The notes under the pieces: model-generated
What the model was told of the DNA's origin: nothing
Database searches by the model: none
The model's input: only the letters and a program-made list of their open reading frames with translations
Position numbers and translations under genes: made by a program
Shown: positions 30,130 through 42,491 of the stretch, one piece after another
How positions within the stretch are numbered: position 1 is the stretch's first letter
How the letters are laid out: the number at the start of each line of letters is the position of its first letter
Assembly (NCBI GenBank): GCA_034180415.1
Contig: JAXFOK010000005.1
Location: forward strand, 65,093-129,092
Direction: 5' to 3'
Origin: Bdellovibrionota bacterium
GTDB taxonomy: Bacteria; Bdellovibrionota_C; UBA2361; CAKMMH01
Length of the DNA: 64,000 bases

Positions 30130-31620
30130 GTGGAAGAGAAAAAATATTACACATATCAACGCGAAAATAATATAGCTAGTAATAATTCTATAAACCAAAA
30201 TATACCTCCTTTATTTACAAAAAATTTAGAGCTTAGACAAGCGTTAAATTCGATGTATGCAGCTTGGATGCCTTTAAATGAAGTAGTTTATAATTCGATA
30301 AAAAGTAAAGTTATCCAAAGAGTATATGATAATAATAGAGGAAAGTTCATTCAGGATATTTCTGCGGATTTTACAATTTTATCTTTAATCTTAAGAGAAA
30401 TGCCTAGTATTATTACTTCAAGAGAGAGCGTAGATCCTGTAAAATTTTTAAAATCGTGCGATATTGAACAGTTTAAAAATATCTTTTTAAAAGATGCAAG
30501 TGATTATTCGTTTCATTCATTTGATGACATTAATTATTCTCAAGCTGTAATGTATAAATATACTGCAAATTCTTCTCAGATTTCACAAAAGTATGCAATC
30601 CTTAATAATCAAGATCCATTATGGATTTACACGATATCAGTTTTAAGAGGACTTGCAAACTGCTTGCTTTCTTGGAACTATCCTCGTTTGTTTAGTAGGG
30701 GATTAAAAGTACAAGCTAATCAAGAAGGTACTCTTGATGATTTCATCGAAAGAGCATTAGGGTTTTCTCCAAATGATTTAATCGTTGAGCTTATTACGAC
30801 TTGGAATTTAAATGATAATGTAAGAGATTTAGTTGATAATACAAGAGCCGCTAACAATAAGGATACTTTAGCATATAAATGTATATACGACTCTGAAATG
30901 GTAGCAAAACTTCATGAACCAAAAGTTTTTCCTGAAGTTATTAATAAACTTGATGATTATGAAGACGAAATTTCAGGTACAAAAAATATATCAAAAGTTA
31001 TAAGTAAAGAAGTAACTAAAGTTTGCGAATACTATGAAAAATATGCACCTGAAATTTTTGATTTAACTATGTCTTTAAAAGATAAAATTAAAGAAGCAAT
31101 TTTAGCTCATGCTGATAATAAGCTTCGTAAAAATACTTTCATTTTCCAGTGTGATGATAGTATTTTTAATAGTTTTAAAAAAGTTTATGTAAACATGTCT
31201 GATGATAAATTTTCAAAGAAAGCTTTAGAAATTTTAAGATACGAAACTATAAATAAAGCAGGTTTTGAAAATGGTTGCTTATATGTTTATAACGAGCAAA
31301 AAAATACACTAATTCCAACATTAAAAATTGGTGAAAGAGAGTTATTTAAATATAGAGAAGTTTTATGTGAAGAAAATATTTTATCTTCTAGTATGATTTC
31401 TGATGCACTTAAATGTACTGTCCCCATAAGAAATTTTGGAGTCTCCGTTACTGGTAAATACGTAAGTTATATCTGTGCTTCATTTGGTAATTCGTTTAAA
31501 AGAGGAGTACTTTATCTAGAATATTCAAATGATGATGAAGATATGGATGGCGAAATGATGTTACGTTTTAAAGCTATTCTAAAGTGTCTAAATGAGTGTT
31601 TAGGCTTTAGCGTAAATTAA
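30130..31620 (+). CDS. hypothetical protein, 496 aa (possible HDOD-like N-terminus and GAF-like C-terminus, weak)
   Basis: Long ORF, soluble, no firm motif. Confidence 0.4.
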   Translation: MEEKKYYTYQRENNIASNNSINQNIPPLFTKNLELRQALNSMYAAWMPLNEVVYNSIKSKVIQRVYDNNRGKFIQDISADFTILSLILREMPSIITSRESVDPVKFLKSCDIEQFKNIFLKDASDYSFHSFDDINYSQAVMYKYTANSSQISQKYAILNNQDPLWIYTISVLRGLANCLLSWNYPRLFSRGLKVQANQEGTLDDFIERALGFSPNDLIVELITTWNLNDNVRDLVDNTRAANNKDTLAYKCIYDSEMVAKLHEPKVFPEVINKLDDYEDEISGTKNISKVISKEVTKVCEYYEKYAPEIFDLTMSLKDKIKEAILAHADNKLRKNTFIFQCDDSIFNSFKKVYVNMSDDKFSKKALEILRYETINKAGFENGCLYVYNEQKNTLIPTLKIGERELFKYREVLCEENILSSSMISDALKCTVPIRNFGVSVTGKYVSYICASFGNSFKRGVLYLEYSNDDEDMDGEMMLRFKAILKCLNECLGFSVN

Positions 31621-32040
31621 AACTTTATCCCCATTGCATCTTTTACTTCTATAAGTGTTTCTTTTGCGATTTCTCTTGCACGTTTTGTGCCATCGTTTAA
31701 GATATCCCATACTTCGTTTGTATGAATTTCATAGTGTTTTTTTCGCTCTCTTATTTCTCTTAATGACTCATTAAGTTTACACGCAAATTTTGCTTTGCAA
31801 TCTCTACATCCAATACTTGCACTTTCACTTCATGTCTTATTTCATCTAGCATTTCTAGCGCAAATATTTTCCAATATGTATACGCAAAACATTATTTCTG
31901 CATATTTTTTAATTTGATCGGTAAAAACTTACCAATTTGCGATAATAAAATAGCAATCATAGGTATCCTGTATTTTTTAACGAACCAATATAATGTCCGA
32001 TGTGAAGCTGCCTGTCGCCCTATCTCCTGTTAATATCCTT
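31617..32040 (-). pseudogene. trpS: tryptophanyl-tRNA synthetase remnant: C-terminal about 60 aa intact in frame, N-terminal block in fragments, middle of the gene missing
   Basis: Minus-strand translation of 31617-31800 gives GCRDCKAKFACKLNESLREIRERKKHYEIHTNEVWDILNDGTKRAREIAKETLIEVKDAMGIKF*, which matches the TrpRS C-terminal blocks (G.C.DCK..l.e.v...l.PIRER...pe.v..iL.eGaeKAr.iA.eTl.eVk.AmG). The 31900-32030 minus strand gives ILTGDRATGSFTSDIILVR*...DCYFIIANW*VFTDQ, resembling the TrpRS N-terminal class-I region (..cyFfiaDlHAiT..) with stops. The total span of about 420 bp is less than the roughly 1 kb expected. Confidence 0.5.
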
Positions 32041-32564
32041 TTTTTACTTGCATTATTTGAATTTTCCTTAAGATTGGATTATATCGATACCCTAACAATA
32101 TTTAAGGGATTTTTATTTAATAACTAAAAAATTTTCAAATAATTTTCCTAATTTATTGACATTTATCACTAAAAAATGTATTTTTTATCACCATGAGATG
32201 TCATTAGATTTACTTTTAGGGTTTTTAAACTCTAAGATGTTATAAGATGCTCTGCTAAAAGTCATCCTAGATTTTTATGTTATCCATCTTTAAAAGTAAA
32301 TTAATCATTGATAAAAATTTGTTGTACTTATTTATTTTTTTATAATTAGGTGCTAATCTTATATAACTTTAATTTTAAATAAAATTTTTTGAATGAAAAA
32401 TTTTTGAATGAAAAATTTTTAAAGTATCCTGTTTTAAAGATTACTTAATAGCTTATAAATGTAGGTATTTTTTAAAACTTGGAGTAATAGTTTTTTGTAT
32501 TTTTTTATTTTATTTATAGAAAAATTGTATCAAACTTGTTATAAATTTATGGAGATGAGGCGTT

Positions 32565-32939
32565 ATGCCAACGATTAATCAGTTAGTAAGAAAAGGAAGA
32601 CAAGATAAAGTTAAGAAAACAAGTGTTCCAGCATTAAAAGCTTGTCCTCAGAGAAGAGGAGTTTGTACTCGTGTTTATACTCAAACTCCAAAGAAACCAA
32701 ACTCAGCTTTAAGAAAAGTTGCTCGTATTCGTTTAACAACTGGAATGGAAGTAACTAGCTATATTCCAGGTATTGGACATAATCTTCAAGAGCACTCAGT
32801 TGTATTAGTTAGAGGTGGTCGTGTTAAAGACTTACCTGGTGTTCGTTACCACATAATAAGAGGTAAACTTGAAACTCATGGTGTTCAAGATAGAAAGAAG
32901 AGCCGTTCTAAGTACGGTTCTAAGAGACCTAAAAAATAA
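32565..32939 (+). CDS. rpsL: 30S ribosomal protein S12
   Basis: [57 protein letters not shown]... is near-identical to the bacterial S12 consensus. Confidence 0.97.
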   Translation: MPTINQLVRKGRQDKVKKTSVPALKACPQRRGVCTRVYTQTPKKPNSALRKVARIRLTTGMEVTSYIPGIGHNLQEHSVVLVRGGRVKDLPGVRYHIIRGKLETHGVQDRKKSRSKYGSKRPKK

Positions 32940-33020
32940 GGGAGCCTAAAAATAAGTCGATTTAGGTAAACGATTTTATAATAAGTAAAATTAATAAAAT
33001 AAAAAGTAAAGGGGTATGGT

Positions 33021-33491
33021 ATGCCAAGAAAGAAAAGAGATTTTACAAGAGAAATTATAGCAGATCCAAAATATGGTGAAGTTATCGTTGCTAAGTTTAT
33101 AAACAATCTTATGGTTGATGGAAAGAAGAACGTTGCTGAGCGTGCTTTCTATACTGCTATGGATAAAATCGAAGCTAAAACTAGCAAGAACCCAATTGAA
33201 GTTTTTATGAAAGCTTTAGATAATATTCGTCCATTAGTTGAAGTTCGTTCAAGACGTGTTGGTGGTGCTAACTATCAGGTTCCTGTTGAAGTTTATCCAA
33301 AAAGAGCTCAGGCGCTTTCTATTAGATGGCTTTTAACTGCTGCTAATAATAGATCAGAAAGAAATATTTCTGATAGACTTGTTGGTGAAATTTTAGATGC
33401 AATAGATAACAGAGGTGGGGCTATTAAGAAGAGAGAAGATACTCATAAGATGGCAGAAGCTAATAAAGCATTTTCACATTTTAAATTTTAA
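33021..33491 (+). CDS. rpsG: 30S ribosomal protein S7
   Basis: [50 protein letters not shown]...: S7 consensus. Confidence 0.97.
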   Translation: MPRKKRDFTREIIADPKYGEVIVAKFINNLMVDGKKNVAERAFYTAMDKIEAKTSKNPIEVFMKALDNIRPLVEVRSRRVGGANYQVPVEVYPKRAQALSIRWLLTAANNRSERNISDRLVGEILDAIDNRGGAIKKREDTHKMAEANKAFSHFKF

Positions 33492-33539
33492 TTTTTTATT
33501 TTTTAGTTTTATAGGTAATCAAGTTAGGAGAATAAAAAG

Positions 33540-35633
33540 GTGGCAAAAAGAGATCTTCACAAGTTACGTAACATTGGTATCATGGCTCACATCGATGCTG
33601 GTAAGACAACTACTACAGAAAGAATTTTATACTACACAGGTGTTAACTATAAAATAGGTGAAGTACATGATGGTGCTGCAACTATGGACTATATGGACCT
33701 AGAGCAAGAAAGAGGTATTACGATTACTTCTGCTGCAACAACTTGTTTCTGGCAAGGTTCTGGGCATCAATATGATAAGCATCAAATTAATATTATCGAT
33801 ACTCCAGGGCACGTAGACTTTACAGTTGAAGTAGAAAGAAGTTTAAGAGTGCTAGATGGCGCAGTTGCCGTATTTGATGGCGTAGACGGAGTTCAACCAC
33901 AATCAGAAACAGTATGGCGTCAAGCAGATAAATTTAGCGTTCCTAGAATTTGTTTCATTAATAAAATGGATAAGACTGGTGCTAATTTTAATTATGCTAC
34001 AAGCACAATTAGAGAAAAGCTAGGAGCAAATGCTGTAAGAGTTCAGCTTCCAATAGGTGCTGAATCAAATTTAAAAGGTTGCATTGACCTAGTAAAAATG
34101 AAAGGTATTATTTTTGAAGATGCTGATAAGGGATCAACTTTTAACTATATTGATATTCCAGCTGATTTAGTTGATGAAGCGAATGAAGCAAGAGAACAAC
34201 TTTTAGAAGCTGTTTCAGAAATAGATGATGCTTTAATGGAAAAATTCCTTGAAGGGCAAGAAATTTCAGAAGAAGAAATTAGAGCTGCAATTAGAAAGGG
34301 AACACTTGCGTTAAAAATATTCCCAGTGTTTGTTGGTAGTGCATTTAAAAACAAAGGTGTTCAACCACTTCTAGATGGTGTTATTGATTATTTACCTTCA
34401 CCATTAGATATTCCTCCTGTAGAAGGAGTTAATCCAAATGATCCAGAAGGTGCACCTATTACAAGAAAAGCAGATGAGGAAGAACCTTTCTCAGCTCTTG
34501 CATTTAAAATCATTACTGACCCTTATGTTGGTGTGCTTACTTTCTTTAGAGTTTATTCAGGTAAAGTAACAGCTGGTGCCACAATTTATAACGCTACTCA
34601 AGGTAAGAAAGAGAGAATGGGTAGAATTTTAAGAATGCACGCTAACGATAGAGAAGAATTAAAAGAATTAGGTGCAGGTGAAATTGGTGCTGCTGTTGGT
34701 TTAAAAGAAACAGTAACAGGTGATACTTTATGTATGCAAGAAACACCAATCTTACTTGAAAACATTACATTCCCAGAACCAGTTATTAAGATTGCAATTG
34801 AACCAAAGACAAAAGCTGATGAAGAAAATATGGGTGTTGCATTAATGAAGCTTTCAAAAGAAGATCCATCATTATATGTAAGTACAGACCAGGAGTCAGG
34901 ACAAACAACAATTGCTGGTATGGGTGAACTTCACCTTGATGTTATTGTTCAAAGATTAAAAAGAGAATTTAATGTTGAGACTATAACTGGTAAGCCTCAA
35001 GTTGCTTATAGAGAAACAATTAACTCTAAGGTTGAGCATGAATATAAATATGCTAAGCAATCAGGTGGTCGTGGTCAATATGGACATGTACTTTTACGTC
35101 TTGAGCCACTTGAACCAGGTAGCGGATTTGAGTTTGTTGATGAAATTAAAGGTGGTGTTATTCCTAAGGAATATATTCCTGCAGTTAAAGCCGGTGTTGA
35201 AGAAGCACTTAAGGGTGGTGTGCTTGCAGGTTACCCTGTAATAGATTTAAAAGTTGCATTATATTATGGTAGTTTCCACGAGGTTGACTCAAGTGAAATG
35301 GCTTTCAAAATTGCAGGTTCTATTTGTGTTAAGGAAGGTGCTAAGAAAGCTGGTATGACACTTCTTGAGCCAATAATGAAAGTTGAGGTGGTAACACCTG
35401 ATGAATATTCAAGCAATATCGTTGGAGACTTAAATAGAAGAAGAGCTAAGATTATGGGTATGGAACCTCGTTCAGGCGCAACGATTATTAATGCAGAAGT
35501 TCCATTATCTGAGATGTTTGGATATGCAACTGACTTAAGATCAGGCTCTCAAGGTAGAGCAAGTTATTCGATGGAGTATTCTCATTATGCACCAGTGCCT
35601 GCACAGGTAGCAGAAGGGATAATTAATAAATAA
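33540..35633 (+). CDS. fusA: elongation factor G; initiates at GTG
   Basis: GTG at 33540-33542 with AGGAGAATAAAAAG as the SD sequence. [46 protein letters not shown] and the EF-G domains IV-V. Confidence 0.97.
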   Translation: MAKRDLHKLRNIGIMAHIDAGKTTTTERILYYTGVNYKIGEVHDGAATMDYMDLEQERGITITSAATTCFWQGSGHQYDKHQINIIDTPGHVDFTVEVERSLRVLDGAVAVFDGVDGVQPQSETVWRQADKFSVPRICFINKMDKTGANFNYATSTIREKLGANAVRVQLPIGAESNLKGCIDLVKMKGIIFEDADKGSTFNYIDIPADLVDEANEAREQLLEAVSEIDDALMEKFLEGQEISEEEIRAAIRKGTLALKIFPVFVGSAFKNKGVQPLLDGVIDYLPSPLDIPPVEGVNPNDPEGAPITRKADEEEPFSALAFKIITDPYVGVLTFFRVYSGKVTAGATIYNATQGKKERMGRILRMHANDREELKELGAGEIGAAVGLKETVTGDTLCMQETPILLENITFPEPVIKIAIEPKTKADEENMGVALMKLSKEDPSLYVSTDQESGQTTIAGMGELHLDVIVQRLKREFNVETITGKPQVAYRETINSKVEHEYKYAKQSGGRGQYGHVLLRLEPLEPGSGFEFVDEIKGGVIPKEYIPAVKAGVEEALKGGVLAGYPVIDLKVALYYGSFHEVDSSEMAFKIAGSICVKEGAKKAGMTLLEPIMKVEVVTPDEYSSNIVGDLNRRRAKIMGMEPRSGATIINAEVPLSEMFGYATDLRSGSQGRASYSMEYSHYAPVPAQVAEGIINK

Positions 35634-35654
35634 GCTTAAGTTTACTTAGGCTTT

Positions 35655-35678
35655 AAGGATAAAATCTTTTTTATCCTT
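35655..35678. other. AT-rich hairpin between fusA and tuf (weak terminator or processing signal)
   Basis: AAGGATAAAA-tctt-TTTTATCCTT perfect 10-bp stem, but no downstream U-tract. Confidence 0.25.
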
Positions 35679-35764
35679 AAAAATGAGTGTATTGCCATGG
35701 TCAAAGCTTTTAAGCTTGCAATCGCTCAAATTTGGTATTTTGTTAACTTATTTAGGAGTTTAAT

Positions 35765-36961
<1,197 letters not shown>

Positions 36962-36972
36962 TTAAAATAATG

Positions 36973-37010
36973 TGTGTGAGAGGTGTTTAGACTTCTCACA
37001 TACAGTTTTT
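36973..37010 (+). terminator. possible terminator after tuf
   Basis: TGTGAGA-ggtgtttagact-TCTCACA stem followed by TACAGTTTTT. Confidence 0.4.
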
Positions 37011-37047
37011 AGATCTTTTTAAAAATATACTAAGGATCAGATTAGAT

Positions 37048-37362
37048 ATGATAAGTAGTGAAAGAATAAGAGTTAAATTAAGAGGGTATGATCACAAACT
37101 ACTTGATACAGCAGTTCAAGAGATAGTTTCTGCTGTAAGAAGAACAGGTGGTCGAATTGTTGGTCCAATACCATTTCCAACTAGAGTAGAAAGATTTACA
37201 GTTAATCGTTCAACTTTTGTTGATAAGAAATCAAGAGAACAGTTCGAGATGCGTACTCATAGGAGACTTTTAGATATATTAGAACCTACTCAACAAACTA
37301 TTGATGAGTTAGGAAAGTTAGAATTATCAACAGGAGTGGATGTAGCAATTAAATTACAATAG
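37048..37362 (+). CDS. rpsJ: 30S ribosomal protein S10
   Basis: [49 protein letters not shown]: S10 consensus. Confidence 0.96.
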   Translation: MISSERIRVKLRGYDHKLLDTAVQEIVSAVRRTGGRIVGPIPFPTRVERFTVNRSTFVDKKSREQFEMRTHRRLLDILEPTQQTIDELGKLELSTGVDVAIKLQ

Positions 37363-37483
37363 TATTAATGCTTAAATTTTGACTTGATTTAGTCATTGTT
37401 GTAAGATATTTTGGTTGTAAGATTTTTAGGTCTCATCCGTTAAAATTTAGTTCGAAAAGTACGTAGGTACGGGAGTATTTTAG

Positions 37484-38167
37484 ATGACAACAAATAAAAT
37501 TTACCAAGATGGGTTGCTAGGCAAAAAAATAGGTATGACTCAGATTTTTGATGAGCAGGGGCATTGTATTCCTGTTACATTAATAGAAGCTGGACCTTGT
37601 TATGTTCTTAGCGTTAAGAATGAGGAAAAAAACGGATATCAAGCTGTTGAGTTTGGTTTCGATGCTAAGAAAACACAAAGGGTTAATAAGGCTCTTATGG
37701 GACATTTTGCTAAAGCTGAGAAAGGTGCTTTTAAGTATGTAAAAGAAGTAAGATTTTCTGGCGAGTCAAAACTTGCAGGATTGTCTGTTGGTTCAGAAGT
37801 AACAGCGAAAGACATTTTTTCTCAGGGTATCTTTGTTGATATCACAGGTGTTTCAAAAGGTAAGGGCTTTGCAGGTGTTGTAAAAAGATACGGCTGTAAA
37901 GGTCAACCTGCTACTCGTGGTACTCACGAAGATAGAAGAAACATCGGTTCTATAGGTAACAGAGCAAGACCTGGTAAGGTATGGAAAGGAAGAAAATTAG
38001 CAGGACATATGGGTTTTGAGACAGTAACTACTCAAAATTTAAAAGTTGTTGCTTTTGACGAATCAAAAAACCTTCTTATGGTTAAGGGGGCAGTTCCTGG
38101 ACCAAAGGGCGGTATGGTCGTTATTAAGAATGCTGTTAAAAAGTCTTGTAAAAAGCAAGCTGCTTAA
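37484..38167 (+). CDS. rplC: 50S ribosomal protein L3
   Basis: GLLGKKIGMTQIFDEQGHCIPVTLIEAGPCYV...GKGFAGVVKRYG: L3. Confidence 0.95.
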   Translation: MTTNKIYQDGLLGKKIGMTQIFDEQGHCIPVTLIEAGPCYVLSVKNEEKNGYQAVEFGFDAKKTQRVNKALMGHFAKAEKGAFKYVKEVRFSGESKLAGLSVGSEVTAKDIFSQGIFVDITGVSKGKGFAGVVKRYGCKGQPATRGTHEDRRNIGSIGNRARPGKVWKGRKLAGHMGFETVTTQNLKVVAFDESKNLLMVKGAVPGPKGGMVVIKNAVKKSCKKQAA

Positions 38168-38216
38168 TAAATTTTTAAAAATTGAAGTTATAATTTGATA
38201 ATGAGGTAAAGAAGCG

Positions 38217-38867
38217 ATGGAAGCTTTACAATATGATATACATAATATGGCAGGTGAAGTAGTTGGTAATATCAATTTAGATCCTGATGTTTTTGGAGCT
38301 GCTATTTCAACAGATCTTGTTCATCAAACTGTTGTTTGGCAATTAGCAAAAAGAAGAGCTGGAACACATTGTTCGAAGAATAGAGCTGAAGTTTCTGGTG
38401 GTGGTAGAAAGCCTTGGAAACAAAAAGGTCGTGGTACTGCTCGTTCTGGTAGTAACACTTCTCCTGTATGGGTAGGTGGTGGTGCTGCATTTGGACCAAA
38501 ACCAAGAGACTATGAAACTAGACTTTCAAAAAGAACAAGAAGACAAGCATTAGCTTCTGTTTTAACTGATAAAGTTAATAAGAAAGATTTGTTTATCTTA
38601 GATTCTTTAGAATTAGATTCTCATAAGACAAAAGGTCTAGTGGGCGTTATAGAAAATTTAAAAATCGCAAAAGAAGATTTATGTAAAAGAGGAATTGCTG
38701 TTATAGACAAGGATGGAAATGAGAACCTTGTAAGAGCTTCTTCAAATCTTCCAAAATTATTAACATTATCAGTAGCTGGTGCAAATGTTTATGACTTAGT
38801 AAAACATAAGATTTTAATTTGTACAAAAGATGCTATCGAAATGTTAGAAGAAAGAGTAAAAGCATAG
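38217..38867 (+). CDS. rplD: 50S ribosomal protein L4
   Basis: RAEVSGGGRKPWKQKGRGTARSGSNTSPVWVGGGAAFGPKPRDY: L4. Confidence 0.95.
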   Translation: MEALQYDIHNMAGEVVGNINLDPDVFGAAISTDLVHQTVVWQLAKRRAGTHCSKNRAEVSGGGRKPWKQKGRGTARSGSNTSPVWVGGGAAFGPKPRDYETRLSKRTRRQALASVLTDKVNKKDLFILDSLELDSHKTKGLVGVIENLKIAKEDLCKRGIAVIDKDGNENLVRASSNLPKLLTLSVAGANVYDLVKHKILICTKDAIEMLEERVKA

Positions 38868-38897
38868 AGTAACAAGCATAAATTAATTGAGGTAAAA

Positions 38898-39212
38898 ATG
38901 GCTAAAGAAACAGCTCCTAAAATTAAAGATTATGAAATAATTAGATATCCTTTGCTTTCTGAAAAGACTACTGGCTTGACTAGTGATAATAATACTTACA
39001 CTTTTTGTGTTGGTACTAGTTCAAGTAAGATTGAAATTAAAGAAGCAATAGAAAGACTATTTAATGTTGAAGTTGAGAATGTTCGTACATGCAATTACCG
39101 TGGTAAAATGAAAAGAACTTTAAAAGGTATTGGCAGTACACCTAAGTATAAAAAAGCTTATGTAACTCTTAAAGAGGGAAATAAGATAGATAGCTTAGTT
39201 GAAGGATTATAA
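38898..39212 (+). CDS. rplW: 50S ribosomal protein L23
   Basis: 104 aa with the L23 pattern (IIRYPLLSEKTT...YTFCVGTSSSKIEIKEAIERLFNVEVENVRT); conserved position in the S10 operon. Confidence 0.93.
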   Translation: MAKETAPKIKDYEIIRYPLLSEKTTGLTSDNNTYTFCVGTSSSKIEIKEAIERLFNVEVENVRTCNYRGKMKRTLKGIGSTPKYKKAYVTLKEGNKIDSLVEGL

Positions 39213-39288
39213 TTTTAATATTATGATTTATAGATTTTTAAGTTTATGAAATAAGACTTAAAGTATTAATTAATAGGTATTAGTAAAA

Positions 39289-40122
39289 ATGGCACTTAAG
39301 AAATTTAAACCAACAACACCATCAAGAAGACAGTATACAGTTGCTGATTTCACAGAGCTTACTGATAAGAGACCTGAGAAATCATTAGTAGCAACAAAAA
39401 GAGCTGCTACTGGAAGAAATAACTATGGTCGTTTTACAAATATAAATAAAGGTGGCGGTCATAAGCAGCTTTATAGAATAATTGATTTTAAAAGAAGAAA
39501 ATATGGTATTCCTGCAAAGGTTGCATATTTAGAATATGATCCAAATAGAAGCGCTAGAGTTGCACTTCTTCATTATGCAGATGGTGCCAAAGCTTACATC
39601 TTAGCTCCTAACGGTTTAAAAGTTGGAGATGTAGTTATAAGTGGTGAAGATGCAGATATTAAAGTTGCAAATTGCTTAAAAATGAAAAATATTCCAGTTG
39701 GTCAAATGATTCATAATATTGAGTTAAAAGTTGGTGCTGGTGCTAAACTAGTTAGATCTGCTGGAACTGCTGCTCAGCTAGTAGGTAAAGAAGGTGCTTA
39801 TTGCCTTGTTAAGATGCCTTCAGGTGAGCTTAGAAAGATTTTTGGTGAATGCTATGCTACAATTGGTATTGTAGGAAATGCAGAGCATAAAAACATTGAT
39901 CTTGGAAAAGCAGGCCGTAATAGATGGTTAAATAGAAAGCCACATACAAGAGGTGTTGCTAAGAACCCAGTTGATCACCCAATGGGTGGTGGTGAAGGTA
40001 AATCTTCAGGTGGACGTCATCCATGTACTCCTAAAGGAAAACCAACTAAGGGTTACAAGACAAGAACTAATAAGAGAACTAATAAATTTATAGTAAGAAG
40101 ACGTTCAACTAAAAAACGTTAA
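39289..40122 (+). CDS. rplB: 50S ribosomal protein L2
   Basis: [48 protein letters not shown] and a C-terminal [23 protein letters not shown]. Confidence 0.97.
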   Translation: MALKKFKPTTPSRRQYTVADFTELTDKRPEKSLVATKRAATGRNNYGRFTNINKGGGHKQLYRIIDFKRRKYGIPAKVAYLEYDPNRSARVALLHYADGAKAYILAPNGLKVGDVVISGEDADIKVANCLKMKNIPVGQMIHNIELKVGAGAKLVRSAGTAAQLVGKEGAYCLVKMPSGELRKIFGECYATIGIVGNAEHKNIDLGKAGRNRWLNRKPHTRGVAKNPVDHPMGGGEGKSSGGRHPCTPKGKPTKGYKTRTNKRTNKFIVRRRSTKKR

Positions 40123-40154
40123 TTTTTTCAGAGTTAATTTTTGGAGGATAAAAA

Positions 40155-40424
40155 ATGCCAAGATCACTTAAAAAAGGTCCATTTGTTGATGAACATTTAA
40201 TGAAGTGGGTTAATAGAGCAAAAGATGGTAGTCATAAAGGACCTATTAAAACTTGGTCTCGTAGATCTACAATCATCCCTGAGATGATTGGTCTTAGCTT
40301 TGCTGTATACAATGGTAAGAAATTTTTACCTATATTTGTTACAGATAATATGGTAGGTCACAAGCTTGGAGAATTTTCACCAACTCGTACATATCATGGT
40401 CATACAAGTAAGGATAAGAAGTAA
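40155..40424 (+). CDS. rpsS: 30S ribosomal protein S19
   Basis: [19 protein letters not shown]...[51 protein letters not shown]. Confidence 0.96.
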   Translation: MPRSLKKGPFVDEHLMKWVNRAKDGSHKGPIKTWSRRSTIIPEMIGLSFAVYNGKKFLPIFVTDNMVGHKLGEFSPTRTYHGHTSKDKK

Positions 40425-40469
40425 GATTTTTAATAAATGATAATGCTATTTAGATAGGCGGAAAATAAT

Positions 40470-40823
40470 ATGGGAAGTAATTCAAATAATTCAATTTCAA
40501 AAGCTACTTTAAGAGGAGTTAGAATTTCTCCTAGAAAGTTAAGATTAGTAGCAGATGTAATTAGAGGAAAAAATGTTTGGGATGCTCAGCAAATTTTAGC
40601 ATTTATGCCTAAAAAGGCCGCTAAAATCACAGCATCTGTTTTGAGCTCTGCTATATCAAATGCTAAAAATAATAGCAATGTTGATATTGATAGCTTAATT
40701 GTAGAACAAGCTTATGTTGATATGGGGAAAACATTAAAGAGATTTTTACCATGTTCTCGTGGTACTGCTCACCGTATCAGAAAAAAATCATCACATTTAA
40801 CTATAACATTAAATGTTATGTAA
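40470..40823 (+). CDS. rplV: 50S ribosomal protein L22
   Basis: ATLRGVRISPRKLRLVADVIRGKNVWDAQQILAFMPKKAAKI...GTAHRIRKKSSHLTITL. Confidence 0.95.
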   Translation: MGSNSNNSISKATLRGVRISPRKLRLVADVIRGKNVWDAQQILAFMPKKAAKITASVLSSAISNAKNNSNVDIDSLIVEQAYVDMGKTLKRFLPCSRGTAHRIRKKSSHLTITLNVM

Positions 40824-40953
40824 TGTTTAAGTTTTTTAAAGTATGTTTTTGTGAAAGTTTGATTAAATTTTCACTTTTATGTAAATTGTTTAAGCTGATT
40901 TTCCTTATAGATTGTTATAGGTTAATCAGAAAAATTGTATAGGAAGAAAATAC

Positions 40954-41616
40954 ATGGGGCAAAAAGTTAATCCAAAAGGCTTAAGAGTAGGTATTATTGA
41001 ATCTTGGCTTTCTAAGTGGTTTTCAGCAGATAATATTGCAAAATTTATTGATGAAGACGAGAAAGTTAGAAAGTATGTTAAGTCAAAATTATATACTGCT
41101 GGTATTTCAAAAGTAGAAGTAGAAAGAACAGCTGCTAGAATTAAGCTTAATATCCATAGTGCTAAGCCAGGTCTAGTAATAGGAAAAAAAGGTAAAGATA
41201 TTGAAGATCTTAGAAAACATTTAAAGAAAATTGTTGGAAAGGATGTCGTATTAAATATTATAGAAGCTAAAAAACCTGATATGGACGCACAGTTAGTAGC
41301 AGAGAGTGTTGCATATCAACTTGAAAAAAGAGCTAACTACAGAAAAGTTGCGAAAGATGCTCTTAATAAAGCTATGAGAATGGGCGCTGAAGGAATTAAG
41401 ATTTCTGTTGGTGGACGTTTAAATGGTGCTGATATCGCAAGAACTGAGCAGTATAAAGAAGGACGTATTCCATTACATACTTTAAGAGCTGAAATCGATT
41501 ATGCTACTGCTAGAGCAAATACTACTTATGGTGTAATTGGTATTAAAGTTTGGATCTTTAAGGGTGAAAAATACTCAAAAGCTGAACAAGCACCTGTTGA
41601 AGCTATGCAGTTATAA
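40954..41616 (+). CDS. rpsC: 30S ribosomal protein S3
   Basis: [26 protein letters not shown]... KH domain, ...[41 protein letters not shown]. Confidence 0.96.
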   Translation: MGQKVNPKGLRVGIIESWLSKWFSADNIAKFIDEDEKVRKYVKSKLYTAGISKVEVERTAARIKLNIHSAKPGLVIGKKGKDIEDLRKHLKKIVGKDVVLNIIEAKKPDMDAQLVAESVAYQLEKRANYRKVAKDALNKAMRMGAEGIKISVGGRLNGADIARTEQYKEGRIPLHTLRAEIDYATARANTTYGVIGIKVWIFKGEKYSKAEQAPVEAMQL

Positions 41617-41770
41617 TCATTAAGAGTATTTAAATTTTTTTACTAGTTTTTATTTAGTATTTTATTATATTTTTTTATTGTAAATCTTGAATCTGTAATA
41701 AAAATGTATTACTTTTAAAAAGCTTACATTTTAAGATAGTTATAAGATGAAATTTTTGGGAATTTAAGTT

Positions 41771-42196
41771 ATGTTACAACCAAAGAAACCAAGACATAGA
41801 AAGCAGATGAAGCAGGTTAGCCATTTAAATGGTACTGAAACTAGAGGATGCGACCTTGCTTTTGGTGATTATGGATTAAAAGTATTAGAATCTGGTTGGA
41901 TTACAGCTAGACAAATTGAAGCTGGCCGTGTTGCCGTTAACCGTCATATGAAACGTGGTGGTAAGCTTTGGATTAAAGTGTTTCCTGATAAACCTTTAAC
42001 TTCGAAGCCTGCAGAAGTTCGTATGGGTAAGGGAAAAGGTGCTCCAGAGCAATGGGTAGCTGAAATTAGAGCAGGAAAATTACTATTTGAAGTTACAGGT
42101 GTTGCGAAAGAAGTTGCGCTAGGAGCTTTGAGTAGAGCAGCTGCAAAAATTCCTTTAAAGTGTAAGGTAGTTGCTCGTAGTGGTAATCTTTTATAG
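41771..42196 (+). CDS. rplP: 50S ribosomal protein L16
   Basis: [75 protein letters not shown]. Confidence 0.96.
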   Translation: MLQPKKPRHRKQMKQVSHLNGTETRGCDLAFGDYGLKVLESGWITARQIEAGRVAVNRHMKRGGKLWIKVFPDKPLTSKPAEVRMGKGKGAPEQWVAEIRAGKLLFEVTGVAKEVALGALSRAAAKIPLKCKVVARSGNLL

Positions 42197-42278
42197 ACAT
42201 TTATTGATAAATTTTAAACGTTTTAGTATATTTTAAGTTTAAATACACTAAAGTAGACATACTGTTAAAGGAGTATAG

Positions 42279-42476
42279 ATGAAGAATAAAGAATATCTTA
42301 AAGAGCTTGAAGGACTTGATGTTTCAGCTCTTAATCAGAAAGAAAGAGAGTTAAGAGAAGAGATTATGAAGTATAGGTTTCGTATTGCTACTGGACAGCT
42401 TGATAAAAGTAATTTAGTTTCATTAGCTAAGAAGAATCTAGCTAGAGTTAAAACAGTTTTGAATAGTAAGAAATAA
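42279..42476 (+). CDS. rpmC: 50S ribosomal protein L29
   Basis: 65-aa coiled-coil protein (LNQKERELREEIMKYRFRIATGQL) in the canonical position between L16 and S17. Confidence 0.9.
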   Translation: MKNKEYLKELEGLDVSALNQKERELREEIMKYRFRIATGQLDKSNLVSLAKKNLARVKTVLNSKK

Positions 42477-42491
42477 TATTATTTAAAAATT

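Noticed and set aside
32388-32425. Tandem duplication GAATGAAAAATTTTT x2 upstream of rpsL as a regulatory repeat
   Set aside because: It is a short AT-rich duplication in an AT-rich leader and cannot be distinguished from chance or slippage. No dyad symmetry or known operator resemblance.
33415-33657. ORF 33415-33657 overlapping the rpsG end and the fusA start, ORF 40751-40942 and ORF 38063-38505
   Set aside because: These are out-of-frame overlaps with conserved ribosomal or EF genes, with no SD sequence or motif.
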